Shown piece by piece: positions 38,206 to 50,962 of a stretch of 64,000 bases of DNA. The notes under the pieces were generated by a model. It searched no databases and was not told the origin of the DNA. It saw only the letters and a program-made list of their open reading frames with translations. The position numbers were made by a program, and so were the translations under genes. Each line of letters starts with the position of its first letter. The stretch's first letter is position 1. The DNA is from Rhizaria sp. SCN 62-66 (lineage: Eukaryota), in the NCBI GenBank assembly GCA_001724265.1, contig MEDY01000078.1:62001-126000 (forward strand). Direction: 5' to 3'.

Positions 38206-41200
38206 TTACGCCTGCTTACGGCTGCGCTCGAAAGCGCGCGTAAAAATAGCCTTCTCCAGCTGCTTTGCCGCAGCAGCACGCTGCTCAATACCCTCAATCA
38301 GAGTCAATATAACCTACATTCGTAATACAAACAGTAAACAAAGCTTGTGAGTGGTTGTGGTGACAAAGCAAACGCAACAAGATTAGCAGCAGATAAACGG
38401 CTGACAGGACAGTTGTTCAAGATACACGTGGTGTAGTTGTTGACACAAATACGACATACCTTGTCTCCCGGCTTGACTTCGAGCGCTTTGCGCGCGTCAA
38501 CAAGAGCACCATCGAGATCTGCGAGACGCACGCGCTCGTGTGCACGGCGCAAAAGTGACTTGATATGCGTCCTAAAAAGAAGAAAACAAAAAATAAGCAA
38601 AAGGTTAGTTTTTGATGAAGACGATAATGTTTAAAAAAACACTCGCGTGCATATGACCTCGTTTAGATGATATATTGCGAGTTGCGGTTTTCACGTACGG
38701 GTCGATTTTGAGCGCCTCATCCGTCGCCTCCCTAACGCCGCTCTTGTCGCCTACGCGCGCGCGCGACGCGGCCATGTTGCTAAAGCACGCCACGCGCAGC
38801 GCGCGCACGGCGGCCGCCGCGGGGCCCGGCAGGGGGGCGTCGACGTGGAAGAGACCGAGGGCGCGGGCCCACAGGCGCTCACAGCGCTCCGCTACGACCC
38901 AACAGAGAGAAACAAAAGACAACAGAGATGACAAAAGTATGAGCAGATGACCTGAAAAATTATCATTTCGGTGCTGAGATATGATAATATATGTAATTTA
39001 TCGTACCAGTGTGCGGCCCGCGCGCGTAATACACGTTTGCGATGTCTTTGAGGCGGCGCATGAGTACAAGCTTGCCCGCAGTCCAGGCATCGAGCCGCTC
39101 AGGCTCAGGCTCGACAGGCGCAGGCTGAACAGGCTCAGGCTCCTGGGCGACCACAGACGTAGACTCAGGCTTTGTCTCGGAGTCAGGTTTAGTCTGCGCC
39201 TCAGATTCCTCCTCGGTTGATGAGGCCGCCGCTGCTGCTGGCACTGCGACATCAGAGTCAGCATTCGCATCTTCAGAGGCAATCTTAGCAGCAGTCTCAG
39301 CAGCAGCGGCGTCAGCGGCAGCGGCGTCAGCGTCAGCGGCGTCAGCGGCAGCGGCGTCAGCGGCAGCCTTGGCCTCCGCAGCGGCCGCCGCGTCTGCCTC
39401 CGCCGCCAGCGCCGCCGCCGCCGCATTGACTGCAGCTGTGGTCTCAGAGTCGGGTGCGAAGTCTACCAAATGGAGCTCGATGTACAGCGCCGCGCCAGCG
39501 GGGCTCGGGCTCGTTACAGCTGCACTCGCAGATGCGTCAGCTGCGGAGGGGACAGTGGGTGCAGGCTCGAAGCTAGAGAGAGATACAACACACATAAAAC
39601 AAACAGATGGAGTCAGCACGATATTAAAAAAACATAAGCATCCATGAAATAGGAATATTGTTGAAACAAACATTTGACCATTTAATTATCATCAGTTCGT
39701 AATTTCCTCGTTAATAAGTCAAGCTGGCGTACCCGTAGGGCCCCTTGGCCCAGACCCGCGCGACCTCGCCCCGGGCGCAGGCTGCCACGGCCTCCTCCAC
39801 GGCCCACGGCAAGTGCGTCGCGGCGCCGTCGACCACAAACGAGGTGAGCTCGCCGCTGTCGGCGTAACCGCCGAGCTGTTGCTCGCTACTGTGCTGTTGA
39901 CTGCACTTAGACTCGTCGCTGTGATCTAAGTAGGGCATTCCAGGAGCGAAGGGGTCTAAGGGGCGCGTCCATGCGTCGTGTAGGAAGACGCGAGGGGGCA
40001 GCCACTTACCCACACCAACAAGGGTACTTACACTGCTCTCGCTGCTGCTGCTGTTGTTGTTGTTGTTAGTGCTATAGCTAGCGCCAGGGCTCGGTGTGTT
40101 GCTTAGAGTCGGGTTTGCGGCGTAGGCGGTGGCGCTGTCGTTGAGAGCGCTGCCCGGGGTGTAGACGCCTCCGACAGTGCCCGTCGACAGCAGCGATACG
40201 AGCGAGTCAGCGCTGCTATGGCAGCTCGTGCCCAGAGCACCACTCGGCGCCGCGTTACTGTCACTGTCAGAGCTGCGGTCAGTGGCCGTGTTCGCGGCGT
40301 GAGAGCTTGACGCGGAAGAGGCGACTGTGACGGTAACGGGAACGCCAGACATCAGCATCGGGACACGCGAGGCGCCGGTGATAGCGCGCGCGACCGAGTC
40401 TAAGGGGGTACTTAGACCGCCGAACACGGCCTCGACCGCAGCCCACTCCTGCGCGCTCACAGTCACTTCGCCGCCCATAGTCATAGTCTCACTGGTGCTG
40501 CTGCCACTGCCGCTGCTGCTGCTGCTGCTGTCAGACTGCTGCTGCTGCGGAGGCTGCCACAGCGGCAGCGCGCCGCCCATCACGTCGTGTAATGAAACAG
40601 TGGCGATGCGCAAGCGGAGCCAGACGCGGTCACCGGGACGCGGGCGCCGCGAGTCGCCGTTCAGCGGGGAGGAAGATAAGCCGTCGCTGGAGGAGGGGGT
40701 CAGCGCCGGAGACAGCAGTGGTAACCCACCGCGAGTACTTGTGATACCATCATCATCACCATCAGCGGTACTAAAGGGTGAAAAGGGAGCGAAACCAAGT
40801 GTTTCCTTGACTAGCCGGCCGTTTTCGTCGATATTCTTCCTCCCAGTGACCAGCAGAGCGACGATGCGCACCTCGACCCAGCTGCCCAGAGCAGGCAACG
40901 TACTTGCACTAGGACCAGGGGTGGTACTGACATCCGCGCTAGAGGAACTGAGACTGGAGCCTGTGATGCTCGGGCGAGGGTTGCGGCCAATAGCGTCGGC
41001 GGGGAAAAGAGCGTCGAGGCTAGAGGCACCACGGTCGCGCATTGCCACGGCCTGTTGCAGTTGTGGTCAGACGCAAGTGCAATGCCGAGCAAAGGAAAAC
41101 GCACATTCCAAGAGAAAAGACACGTATGTCAGCCAACAAGAACTCTTACAAGTAACATGAAAAATACCAAAAACATCAAGGACATAAAGATAAAAAAATA

Positions 41201-42219
41201 TAGTCACGTGATATATAGCAGATTTGTTCACGCTTAGTGATGTATAAGAACACCTACCTGTCGGTACTCGTTATGCGCCTTGACGACCTGCGCCCGCGCC
41301 CGCGCCCGCGCCTCCCTGCGGACGGCCGCCTTCTCCTCGTTGCCCCGGGCCAGCGCGTCGTCCCGCGCGTGCGCTGCGGCGGCCGCGCGGGCCCGGTCCA
41401 GCGGCGTCGTCTTGACGCCCCGGGGTCCGAAGCCGCCGGTGGCTTCGTCGTCGGAGGACGCCGGCAGCGGCGGCGGCGGCGGCGGCGGCGGCCCGAAAAC
41501 CAGGGGCGCAAAGTGCGGCGGCACGGTGTCCGGCAGCAGCCGAAACACGAAGGACGCGGCCTCGCCCTCACAGAGGGAGGAGAACATGAGCCCGGCGTCG
41601 GTGTCGGCGAAGGCTGCGGTGTAAGTGTAGGTGCAATCCAAGCATTAACAAAGATAATAAGAGAGATTCAGAAGAGGTGAGGAAATTGCGAACAAAATAT
41701 TATGTCTCAAACAAAAACTGTTAGAACATATACCGATATTTGAGATTAATAAATGATACAGAGCTTGAGTCTTGCTCTTGAGCGTAGAAGATATGAGTGG
41801 TGTTAGGTCAGAGATGTCGAGAGAGTAGATACGAAGAGTAGAGGTGGCAATGACGTACTCGCGTGCATGCGCAGCGAGCGCGGGCGCTTTCCTTTCGTAG
41901 AAAAATACACAATTTGCTGTGCCTGGCTCTGACCCTGCGTTGGAGTCTCGTTTGCGCCGGTGTTGTTTGACTCGGGCTTTGCAGCAGAGCGAATCTCGTA
42001 GTGCACCGTCAGGTCCATGCCCGTGGCGGCGCGCCACGTGCGATCCGCCGGCGCGGGCACCAGCACGCGCTTGGTGATGCCGCGGGACGCGAGCGTCGGC
42101 GGCGCGACGGGCTGCGGGGACGCAACAGTAGGCTTCGCAGTGGTCGCGACAGCTGGCTGATCGGAGACAGCTGCAAGTGTCCCAGACCCTGGCTGCGACT
42201 GCGGTGGGCTGCTAGACAT
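38206..42219 (-). CDS. FKBP-like domains plus C-terminal TPR (immunophilin-type co-chaperone), degenerate, with many insertions
   Basis: Seven exons 42219-41859, 41613-41258, 41051-39733, 39572-39007, 38891-38699, 38571-38460, 38313-38206 with consistent phases. GITKRVL...LTVHYEI; AVEEAVAACARGEVARVWAKGPYG...LYIELHLVDF; TPR LKDIANVYY...ACFSNMAA...ALKIDPTHIKSLLRRA. Stop TAA. Confidence 0.75.
40398..40417. repeat. 20-bp hairpin element GTCTAAG-GGGGTA-CTTAGAC
   Basis: Perfect 7-bp inverted arms inside an FKBP-gene exon. Confidence 0.8.
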
Positions 42220-42534
42220 GCTTGAGTCCTGTCAGAGAACAGAGTGGAAATATAATGCGTAAATTGTTATTTATGAGCAAATCGTATCGGTTTTATGCTC
42301 ATGACTGTGCTACTGGTGGAGTTGCAACGATTTGCTCTTGGTCGGGCCTTGGGGGGCTGTGGGAGGTGACGCGAAGGGCTTTCGGGAACTTTAGCATACA
42401 TACTAGTCTGTCCGTCAACAGCAAAGCGACTATCACCCCGGGTTTTGTTGAACAGTTTAATTTATATCACTATTTTGAATCCTCACAATTTTGTCACCAC
42501 CCGCCGCTATTTCTCTTTTCCGCTCTCCGCACAG
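42220..42534. promoter_or_regulatory. Putative bidirectional promoter / 5' region between divergent FKBP-TPR and EttA genes
   Basis: Only about 315 bp separate the two head-to-head start codons; inferred from geometry only. Confidence 0.4.
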
Positions 42535-45021
42535 ATGCTGTCCCGCTGTGTCCGTGCCGCGGCCAGCCGCGCTGCCTCCACCGCGGCCGCTGCTGCTTTC
42601 TCTCTGCAGCAGCCGCACCAGCAGCACGCCGCCGTGCCGTCTCTCTTCCCCAAGCACGCCGCCATCGCGCGCCGTAACTACACTTCCTTGAACAACAACA
42701 ATGCGGTGCGCCACAACAACGTCTCGATTGCTGCCCCTCTGTTCTCTCTCGCGCGCCCCTGTCTTGCCGCTGCGCCTGCTGCTGCGGCGACTGTCGTCTC
42801 CGCCTCTGCGCGCGCATTTGCCTCGAACCGCTCCGAGTCCGTCTCGCGCGAAGGCGACCCCAACGACGTGGCGTTCACGATGGAGGACGTGTCGAAGCGT
42901 ATTGACGGTAAACGCGTGCTCTTCAAGGACATCACTACGGGTTTCTTCCACGGCGCCAAGGTTGGCATCCTGGGCAAGAACGGCGCGGGCAAGTCCTCAC
43001 TGCTGAAGATTATGGCAGGTGTGGACAAGGACTACGACGGCAAGGCGGAGCCCACGCCCGGCAAGAAGGTCGGCTACCTGGCGCAGGAGCCCGTGCTCGA
43101 CGAGACCAAGAGCGTGCTGGAAAACGTCATGGACGGCGTGCGCGCGCAGAAGGACCTGCTGGACCGCTACGACGCCATCGGCGACGACATGGCGGACCCG
43201 GACGCCGATATGGACGCGCTGATCGACGAGCAGGCCGCGCTCCAGGCACAGATCGGTAAGTTCTTAAAACAATATAGAGTTGTATCTCTTTATGTACTTC
43301 ACGTTTCCGAATTATATTGCACATTTGCTTATTTTAGTATATTTTGTACGCAAATCAATTGTTTTTGTTTTATATCTCATTTAATGTCACGTAATATCTC
43401 ACCTTCACCACAAACTCCATATCTTGCGTCTTCGCCGTGCTTTCTCCCCCCTCGCACAAACACACAGACGAGCTGGACTGCTGGGACCTGCAGCGCCACG
43501 TGGAGATTGCGATGACGGCGCTGTGCTGCCCGCCTAACGATGCCGAGGTGCACTCGCTCTCTGGCGGCGAGCGGCGCCGCGTTGCGCTGGCGCGCCTGCT
43601 GCTGTCCAAGCCGGACATCCTGCTGCTGGACGAGCCGACCAACCACCTGGACGCTGGCTCAGTGCAGTGGCTAGAGCAGTATCTGGACCAGTACAAGGGG
43701 CTCGTTGTTGCCATTACGCACGACCGCTACTTCCTCGACAACGTCGCGGGCTACATCCTCGAGATCGAGAACGGCCGCTTCTTTCCCTTCCGCGGCAACT
43801 ACGAGAAGTGGCTCGACGCCAAGGCGCGGCGCCAAGAGGCTGAGGCGCACGCCGCCAAGAACCTCGACAAGCAGCTCGCGGTCGAGCTTGACTGGCTGCG
43901 AAAGCGCGCCAACGGGCGCCAGGCCAAGGGCAAGGCGCGCGCGCGCCGCGTCGAGGACCTACAGCAGCAGAAGGAGCAGTATCGCAAGTCGCGCGTCGAG
44001 TCGGGGACGCTCGTTATCCCGGGCGGGCCGCACCTGGGCGGCAGTGTCGTTGCCATGTCGCAGGTCGGCATCGCCTTCGATGACAACAAGGGGCCCGGGG
44101 GCGTGTTCAGCCCGGAAGAGGTCGCCGCCATGGGCGGGCCCTCAGCCGTGCAGTGGACCTTCCAGGTACGGATCGATAGACGCTTTCTTAAAACAATTTA
44201 GTTTTATATTTCGTTTCTGTTTTATAATTTCTGTTGAATATCAAAGTTTTATTCTGATTTATGAACATATATCTCACTTTCAATCACTTCTGCGGTTAAT
44301 TGCTTTGCTTCTATTTGTTTGTTCTGTGATATTGTAGGACATCAACTTCTCCGTGTCGCCGGGCCAGGTCGTTGGCATCGTCGGCCCCAACGGCATCGGC
44401 AAGACGACCGTGCTCAAGGCCATCCAGGGCCTCATCAAGCCCTCCGCAGGCGACCTCCACGTCGGCTCCTCCGTGGTGTTTGGATACAACAAGCAGACGC
44501 GCGAGAGCCTTCGCGGCGAGGCGCAGGTCTGGGAGGAGATCACACAGGGCTCGGAGACGGTGCAGATCGACGCCAACACGCGCATCAACGCGCGCGCCTA
44601 CGTGGCGCAGTTCAACTTTTCAGGCCAGGACCAGTCGAAGCTGATCAAGCACTTGTCCGGCGGCGAGCGCAACCGTGTGCACCTGGCCAAGTCGCTGATC
44701 AAGGGCGCCAACGTGATCATGCTCGACGAGCCGACCAACGACCTCGACGTCGACACGCTGCGCTCGCTCGAGGAGGCGCTCAACTCGTTCAACGGCTGTG
44801 CGTTTGTGGTCTCCCACGACCGCTGGTTCCTGGACCGCGTGTGCACCGACATCCTCGCCTTCCACGAGCTGCCTGACCCGGCTGGACGCAAGCGCATGAC
44901 GGCGCGCCTCTTCACGGGCAACTACACCGAGTTCGAGAAGCTGTTCGCCGAGGAGCACGGCAAGTCGTTCATCGAGGCCACCAACAAGGTCAAGAACGTC
45001 AAGAACATTGCGCACATGTGA
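42535..45021 (+). CDS. ettA: Bacterial-type ABC-F translational throttle EttA with N-terminal organellar (probably mitochondrial) presequence
   Basis: Exons 42535-43255, 43468-44165, 44338-45021. GILGKNGAGKSSLLKIMAG, KVGYLAQEP, LSGGERRRVALARLLL...LDEPTNHLD, GNYEKWL, LSGGERNRVHLAK, DEPTNDLDVDTLRSLE, VSHDRWFLDR. R/A/S-rich, acid-free N-terminus MLSRCVRAAASRAAS. Stop TGA. Confidence 0.92.
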
Positions 45022-45465
45022 AGGAGCGAAAGTTGAATAGTTTATCTGCGGTTGACATTTGAGAGAGATAGAGTTAAAGAGCGTTCTTATTGTAAACGAG
45101 GATTTATGCAGTTTGTACTTGCATTGGTCTTGCGTGCTTGCAGTATATCGTGCAACTATTGCTCGTTCTTTGTTTTTCATTGTCAAAGCTGGTTTAGGAA
45201 GTGTATTTAAGAGAATAAGATGATGCTGTTGAGAGATGGCCGATGTACGGATGCTGTTTTATTCACTGCTGTGCGAACAACGCACTGTGGGCTCAGTTCG
45301 TATCATATTCATACACAATAAGACTAGGTACAGCCAGTCAGAACGAATTGCTGAGCCAGACAAATCACTTTGTATTCACGTAAACATGTGACTGAGCTAG
45401 GTATTCAACTGAAATCAAAACTATGTAAACTATTCGTTTGAAACGCAATTTATCGCGTTAATTAG

Positions 45466-48400
45466 TTAATTGCGCTGTGTAACAATCGGTCGCCCCCACG
45501 GAACAGTGGCAAAACCGAGCTTGAGTTGCGGCGGTAAATCATCCCTCGTCATCACACCACCAGAACCAGCATTACTCGCAGTAGTTGTCGTAACAGCGGT
45601 CTTGGTCGCATTCAGACTGGCATTCGCAGTCCCGTTGCAGTGCTTATTGCTGCTCGCATGTTTATTGCCATGGTTGAGCGGACTGGCGTCGTACCTCTGC
45701 GGCAGTAGCGGCACAGTGCTACTATTGGTGCTGCGCAGCGCGGCCCGGCTCGCCATCAGCGCGCTCAGCTCCGCGCGCGTCTCCCCGTCGAGCGACGGGT
45801 TCGGCCGCCGCGGCGGCGGTTGGCGTTGCTGCGAGCGCGCGCTGCCGCTGGGCTTGAACTCGCTGAAGCTGCCGTTGAGACTGTTGCCGTTGTTGTGGTG
45901 CTGAGGAGGCTGATCGTTATTCCTCGCGTGGCTGTGCGCGTGACTGGCGGCGCAGCTGAGGGCGCCGGCCTGGCTGTGGACAGGGCTGACCGCGAGACTT
46001 TGGTTGAGACTGTGGCTGTGGCTGTGGGGGTTGCGCGTGCTGCTATGACTCGCCGCTCTTGAGACACTGACGCCGACACCGACACCGGCAGCGTCAGCCT
46101 CAGCCTCAGCGCTGCTGCCGCGGCGGGCGCTGGCGCTACTGCTATAAGACTGATTACTGCGCTGTGCCTGCGTCTGCGCCTGCGCCTGCAACTGTGAGAT
46201 GTTCGAAGGCCCTTTCCCGGCCGCGAAAGTTCCCGGCTTGATGTAAGGGCTTGGCGTAAACCACGGCGCGTTGGTGCTGGCGCTCACGGTCACTTTCGGC
46301 CTATTCCACAGCGCCGACCTCTCAGACCCGGCGGTCGCGGGCCGCCGGTCAGACGGCGGGTACGGCTCGAACGGAGGCACAGGCGGCTTGTCTTTGATTT
46401 GCTGCAGCTTCTCAGTGTAGTATTTCTCGTTTGCTTCAGCTTCGTCGCTGAACGGGATGATGACGCCAGTGACGCTCATCTGGCCGGCGGGCCTGCTGTT
46501 CTTGGCAGTGCTTGTGTGCGTCGCGAGTGCTGGGTCGGGGTTGTTCCGAAAGTAAGCCGCGAGGTCGTCGTAAGCACGGCAGCGGCAGCAGCTGCCGCCA
46601 ATGGCAGTCTCGCTGCCACGAGCATGGTGAATACCGCGACCTCGGGGACTACGACTGTGGTGGTCGTGGTCATGCTGTTTATCTTCGGCCTGAGGCTCTT
46701 GCTGCTGCTGCTGCTGCTCATCATGTTGTTGCTGCTGCAGCTGTTGCTGCTGCTGCAGCTGCTGCGGTTGTTTCGCGGGCGATTGTGATCGCTCACGCGG
46801 TTTGTGGCACACGCACTCACACTCACCTTTCTTCCCCCCAAAGTTGCCGTGATTGTCACCAGCGCTGTTGTTTTCGAGCCGCAACACGAGCCTCTCAGCG
46901 CGGCCGCGGTCACACCACCAGTTTTCCAGCCACAGACCAGCATCCTGACTCTGGTTCTGACTCTGGCCCTGGCCCTGGCCCTGGCTGGGCTGTGAACTCT
47001 GAGTCTGATCGTGCGTGTTGTGCTAACGGTCTTGGTCTTGGTCTTGCTGTTGCTGTTGCTTTGCCTGCTGCCGTTGCTACTGCCGCTGCTGCTGCGCCTG
47101 CTGCCGCCGCAGCCGCCTCTGCGGCATTTCCCGCGCCCCGCCCCAAGGCCCCAGGCACGGACCCGGCAGCAGCGACTGCACAGTCGCAGCCCCCGCCTCG
47201 TTACTATTGAGCCAGGGGTCGGACGGCGGCTGCGACTAAGGCCGCGGCTGAGTCAGCGTGCGCAGGAATGCAGGGCTCAGCAGAGGCGGCATTGCAACAA
47301 CGCTGGCGCGAACGCCGCTCTGCGCAGCTGCCGTCTTGTCATTGGTTGCATTGCCATCAGCGCCAGTTGGGTTGCTGCCCGCGTCTTTCTGCAGCGGTGT
47401 CTCCTGCGCATGCGGCTTAGCTTCCTTTCCGCGCGGCTTGATGCCCCCCAGCTGCGGCCTGTTCTCGGACCTGCTCAGCGCCATGAGCGCACAATCGTCC
47501 CATGGGTCCTCGCCGTCTCCACTCCCACTCCCAGTCGCCAATCCGCCGCCACCAAAGCGGCCGGGCCGCAGCGCGTCGCTTTTACCGCTGCCACCGCCAC
47601 CGCCACTGCTGCTACTGCTGCTGCTGTTGTTGGTAGAGGTGTTCACAGTGGCGGGGCGGCGATTCAACCACTTGTTACGCTCTTCAGCGGTGAGGCTGCT
47701 GGCCGCATCGCCAGTCTTCTCAGCGTTGGCGGTCGCGTGGTTGCTCGGGTTTGAGCTGCTGTTGTTGCTGTTGTTGCGTTTGCGGGGACTAATGTGGCCA
47801 ACAAGCAGCTCCTGTGCAGTAATAGTGCGGGCGGTGTTGCCCTTACTACTCTTGCTCTCACTGCTTTTAGTAGGATTATCAGCGCCAGCAGGCTCAGCGT
47901 TAGCGATTGTGTTTTGATGTTGCTTGCCGTGGACGTCATAATCGCCAGAGCCGTTGCCACCCGCCGAGGCGGCAGTGGCGGCGGCGACAGCAACGGCTAG
48001 CGCCCGCAGCGATACCTGGCCAGCGGTACTGCTGCTTTGACTCGCAGCATGTTTCGTTTTAGCATTTTCAGTAGCGTTGGATTCGCGTTGACGACGTGCG
48101 CTCGTTTGACGATCAGTCGCCCAAGAACCGTCAACAGCACTTGGATTGTTGTTCTCGGTCCCGTTGTCATTCATCCCGGCGCTATTGCTGGGATTGTTAT
48201 TGTCGTGATTGCTGTAGTTGTTGTTGCTTTGACTGCGATACTGGCTGTTGGCCTCGGACACGGCCTCGACCAGGTACCGCCGCCGCAGCCGGCCCACGGC
48301 GCGCACGCTGGACGCGACCGTGGGCAGCGCAAACGCGTCCGCGGCGCGGCCAATAACCGGCCGCTCTTGTCTGTGCTGACGCTCTTGCTTCTGCCTTTGT

Positions 48401-50445
48401 CTGTGCCGCCGCTGCTGCTGCTGCTGCTGATGCTGCTAATGCTGCTCACGGTCACTCTGCTCACGGCCACTCTGCTCACCTCCGTGGCGGCGGCGGCCGC
48501 TGTCAGGAGGACTGGGGTCTCTGCTATGGCGGCCGCTCGGGTGATACGAGTGATGGCTGTGACCATCGGCGGCGTCAATGTCCCTGCGGCTGATAAAGCG
48601 GCTGCGGTAGTTGTCATCTTTGTGGCCGTCGTCGCGGTCCAGCTTCTCCATCAGCCGCGTCGCCATGGCGGGCATCAGGTAGAAGCTCTGCGACGCCACC
48701 GCCACCGCAGCACTCCGCTTCTCGTCGTCGCTCAGGTAGAAATCGCTGTCGTCGAACTTGTCGCTGTGATACCGCCCGTGCGCGCCGCCGCCGCCGCCAG
48801 CGGCGCGTTTGTCGCCGTTGTCGTGCTGTGCGCTGTGAGGATGACGACCGCTCTCGTGCTGTTGGCCGTTGTCGCCGTTGATGATGCCGTGGTTGCCGTT
48901 GCGCTGCTGGGGACTGCGGTTCCCGGGTCCGCTCCGAGGCGAGGCTCTGGCACTGGTGGATGGGGACCCTGTGCTCTTGTTGTTATGATTGTTGTAGCGG
49001 CTCACTGGAGACTCCTTGTAACTGCTGTTGTTGCTGTTGCTGTTGCTGCGGATATGGCTCTGACTGACGGGGGACTCGTTGCGATGGGCGAAGCGTGGTC
49101 TCGCGGTCTTTTTGTTTGGAGGAGTCACAGGAAACTCGGTGCTCTTGCCATTATGATCGACTGCAGGCGCATCATGGCCCTGGCTGTGGTGGAATGCGCT
49201 TTTCTGATCGTGGTTGCGACGAAGCGTGCTGTTGGACGCCGGTGTCGCCGCGGTGGAGGGCGCAGGCGCCGCCTGGCCGAACGAGTGTAGGACCACGCCT
49301 TTGCCAGCGATAGAGAATACGCCCGATACAGGGCTCGGCGTCGCAGGTGCAGCAACAGCAGCAGCGGTAGTTGCCGCATTGTCAGGATGCTTTTTGATGT
49401 CATTATTGTTGTTGTTGTTGTTGACTGAAGGAATGTAAGCGTCAGCCGAGCCGGGAGGGCCGCCAGTGTAGGTGCCCATTGGATACGCACTGCCATTTAG
49501 ACCGCCGCGCTCGTCGCGGCTGTCAGGGCCAGCACCGTCAGCATCGATGCCGACGCCGATGCCGATGTGGGGGGTCGAGTTGGTCTTGAGCGGCCACAGT
49601 CCGCGCATATCACTGTCCGGACCGCGCACGTCGCTGTCTGGCATACTACCCCCGGCCTCCCGCTCCCGCTCCCGCTCACGGTCGCGGTCGCCCGCGATCA
49701 CAGAGGACGAGAAATCGGCGGCGGCGGGGGCCGGGCCGCTGGTCAGGGAGCGGAACAACATGTTGCCATCGTGCTGTTTAACGCTGTCGGGCGCGCTGTC
49801 AAAGTCGTTATTGCTCATCGAGTCTCGGTAGTAGTTGTTATGGCCGCCGTTGTTGTTGCTGTGGTTGCTGTAGGCGTCGCTGTCTCTGCCGCCAACGCCC
49901 GCAAACTTGCCCACCCCTGCCGCCCCCGCCCCCGCCCCCGCCATAGTGGCAGAAGCTTGTCGTGACTGCTATGACGCGCCGGGGATTTCGTCGGAGGCCA
50001 CCGCAGAGCCGGAGACGAAAGCTTCCGACGGCAAGGCCTCGGAGCGGGACGAACCTGTCGCTGGCGCCGAAGCCGAAGCCGAAGCCGAGATCGAGGCGAA
50101 CGCGGACGCGGCGACTGAAGCAGACGACGACGATTCGCGGTCCTCCATCACTGAGCCGAGCCTCTGGAAGGCGAACGGGAAGCCCGACAGCGGGTCCGCG
50201 TGCACGGCGGTGTACGGCGCGTCGGTGAGCACCGCGCCGCCGGGCGCGACCGCGGGCGCAACAGCGGGGACGGTGGCCGCGGCCGCGGTTGGCGAGACGA
50301 CGGAGACGTGGGGGTGCGGCGCGGCCGACAGCGTGAAGCCGCTATGCGCACCGGGGTCGGGGGGATACCCGGCGCCGGATAAGGGCATGCTGCTATAATC
50401 GACGGGGTACGCGGGCGCGGGGGCGGGACCGTGCGAAGGCTGCAT
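45466..50445 (-). CDS. Large (about 1659 aa) low-complexity, probably disordered hypothetical protein; 5 in-frame TAG
   Basis: ORFs 49969-50445, 48436-49944, 47236-48306 and 45466-46887 share one frame with uniform coding-like composition, broken only by TAG at 49969, 48436, 47236, 47077 and 47023. Ends with TAA at the AT-rich boundary. Confidence 0.75.
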
Positions 50446-50962
50446 GGTACGCGAGGGCGGGCCGCAGCGCGGGGCTATGAGAGTGCAGAAGAAGGGGTGC
50501 TGGAGAGAGACGAAGGAAGGCGTGATGTGAGCACTAAGCAGCGTTTCACGTATTATTATTTCAAATAAAAATACACCACATCAGTTATGTTCACGAAATG
50601 ATTGTGGTGTTTCTCCTGACGGATGGTACAGGACGTGGACACGCGATTTAGAGAGACGATCGAGCCACCCGTTGGGGTCCAGAAACTCGCCCGTTACACC
50701 ATCATACCTTCCACACGATCTTTCACTCTTGAGTTCTCGTTCAGAAAACCGTCTATGCAACTGTTACCTTTATGATCGAATAATTCAAACCTCATTTTAT
50801 TGAAAACCCTTTTAACACTCCTCACTGATCGTTTTCTTCTTCGCTATATCCATTCTTCTCTTTTCACACTGAATCAGACCTTCGCACCCACCCACTTCCC
50901 CACCAACCACTCGACAGCCCCAGCCTCCCCTGCTTCACAGCACCCACAGCCCCTGCTTTCCG

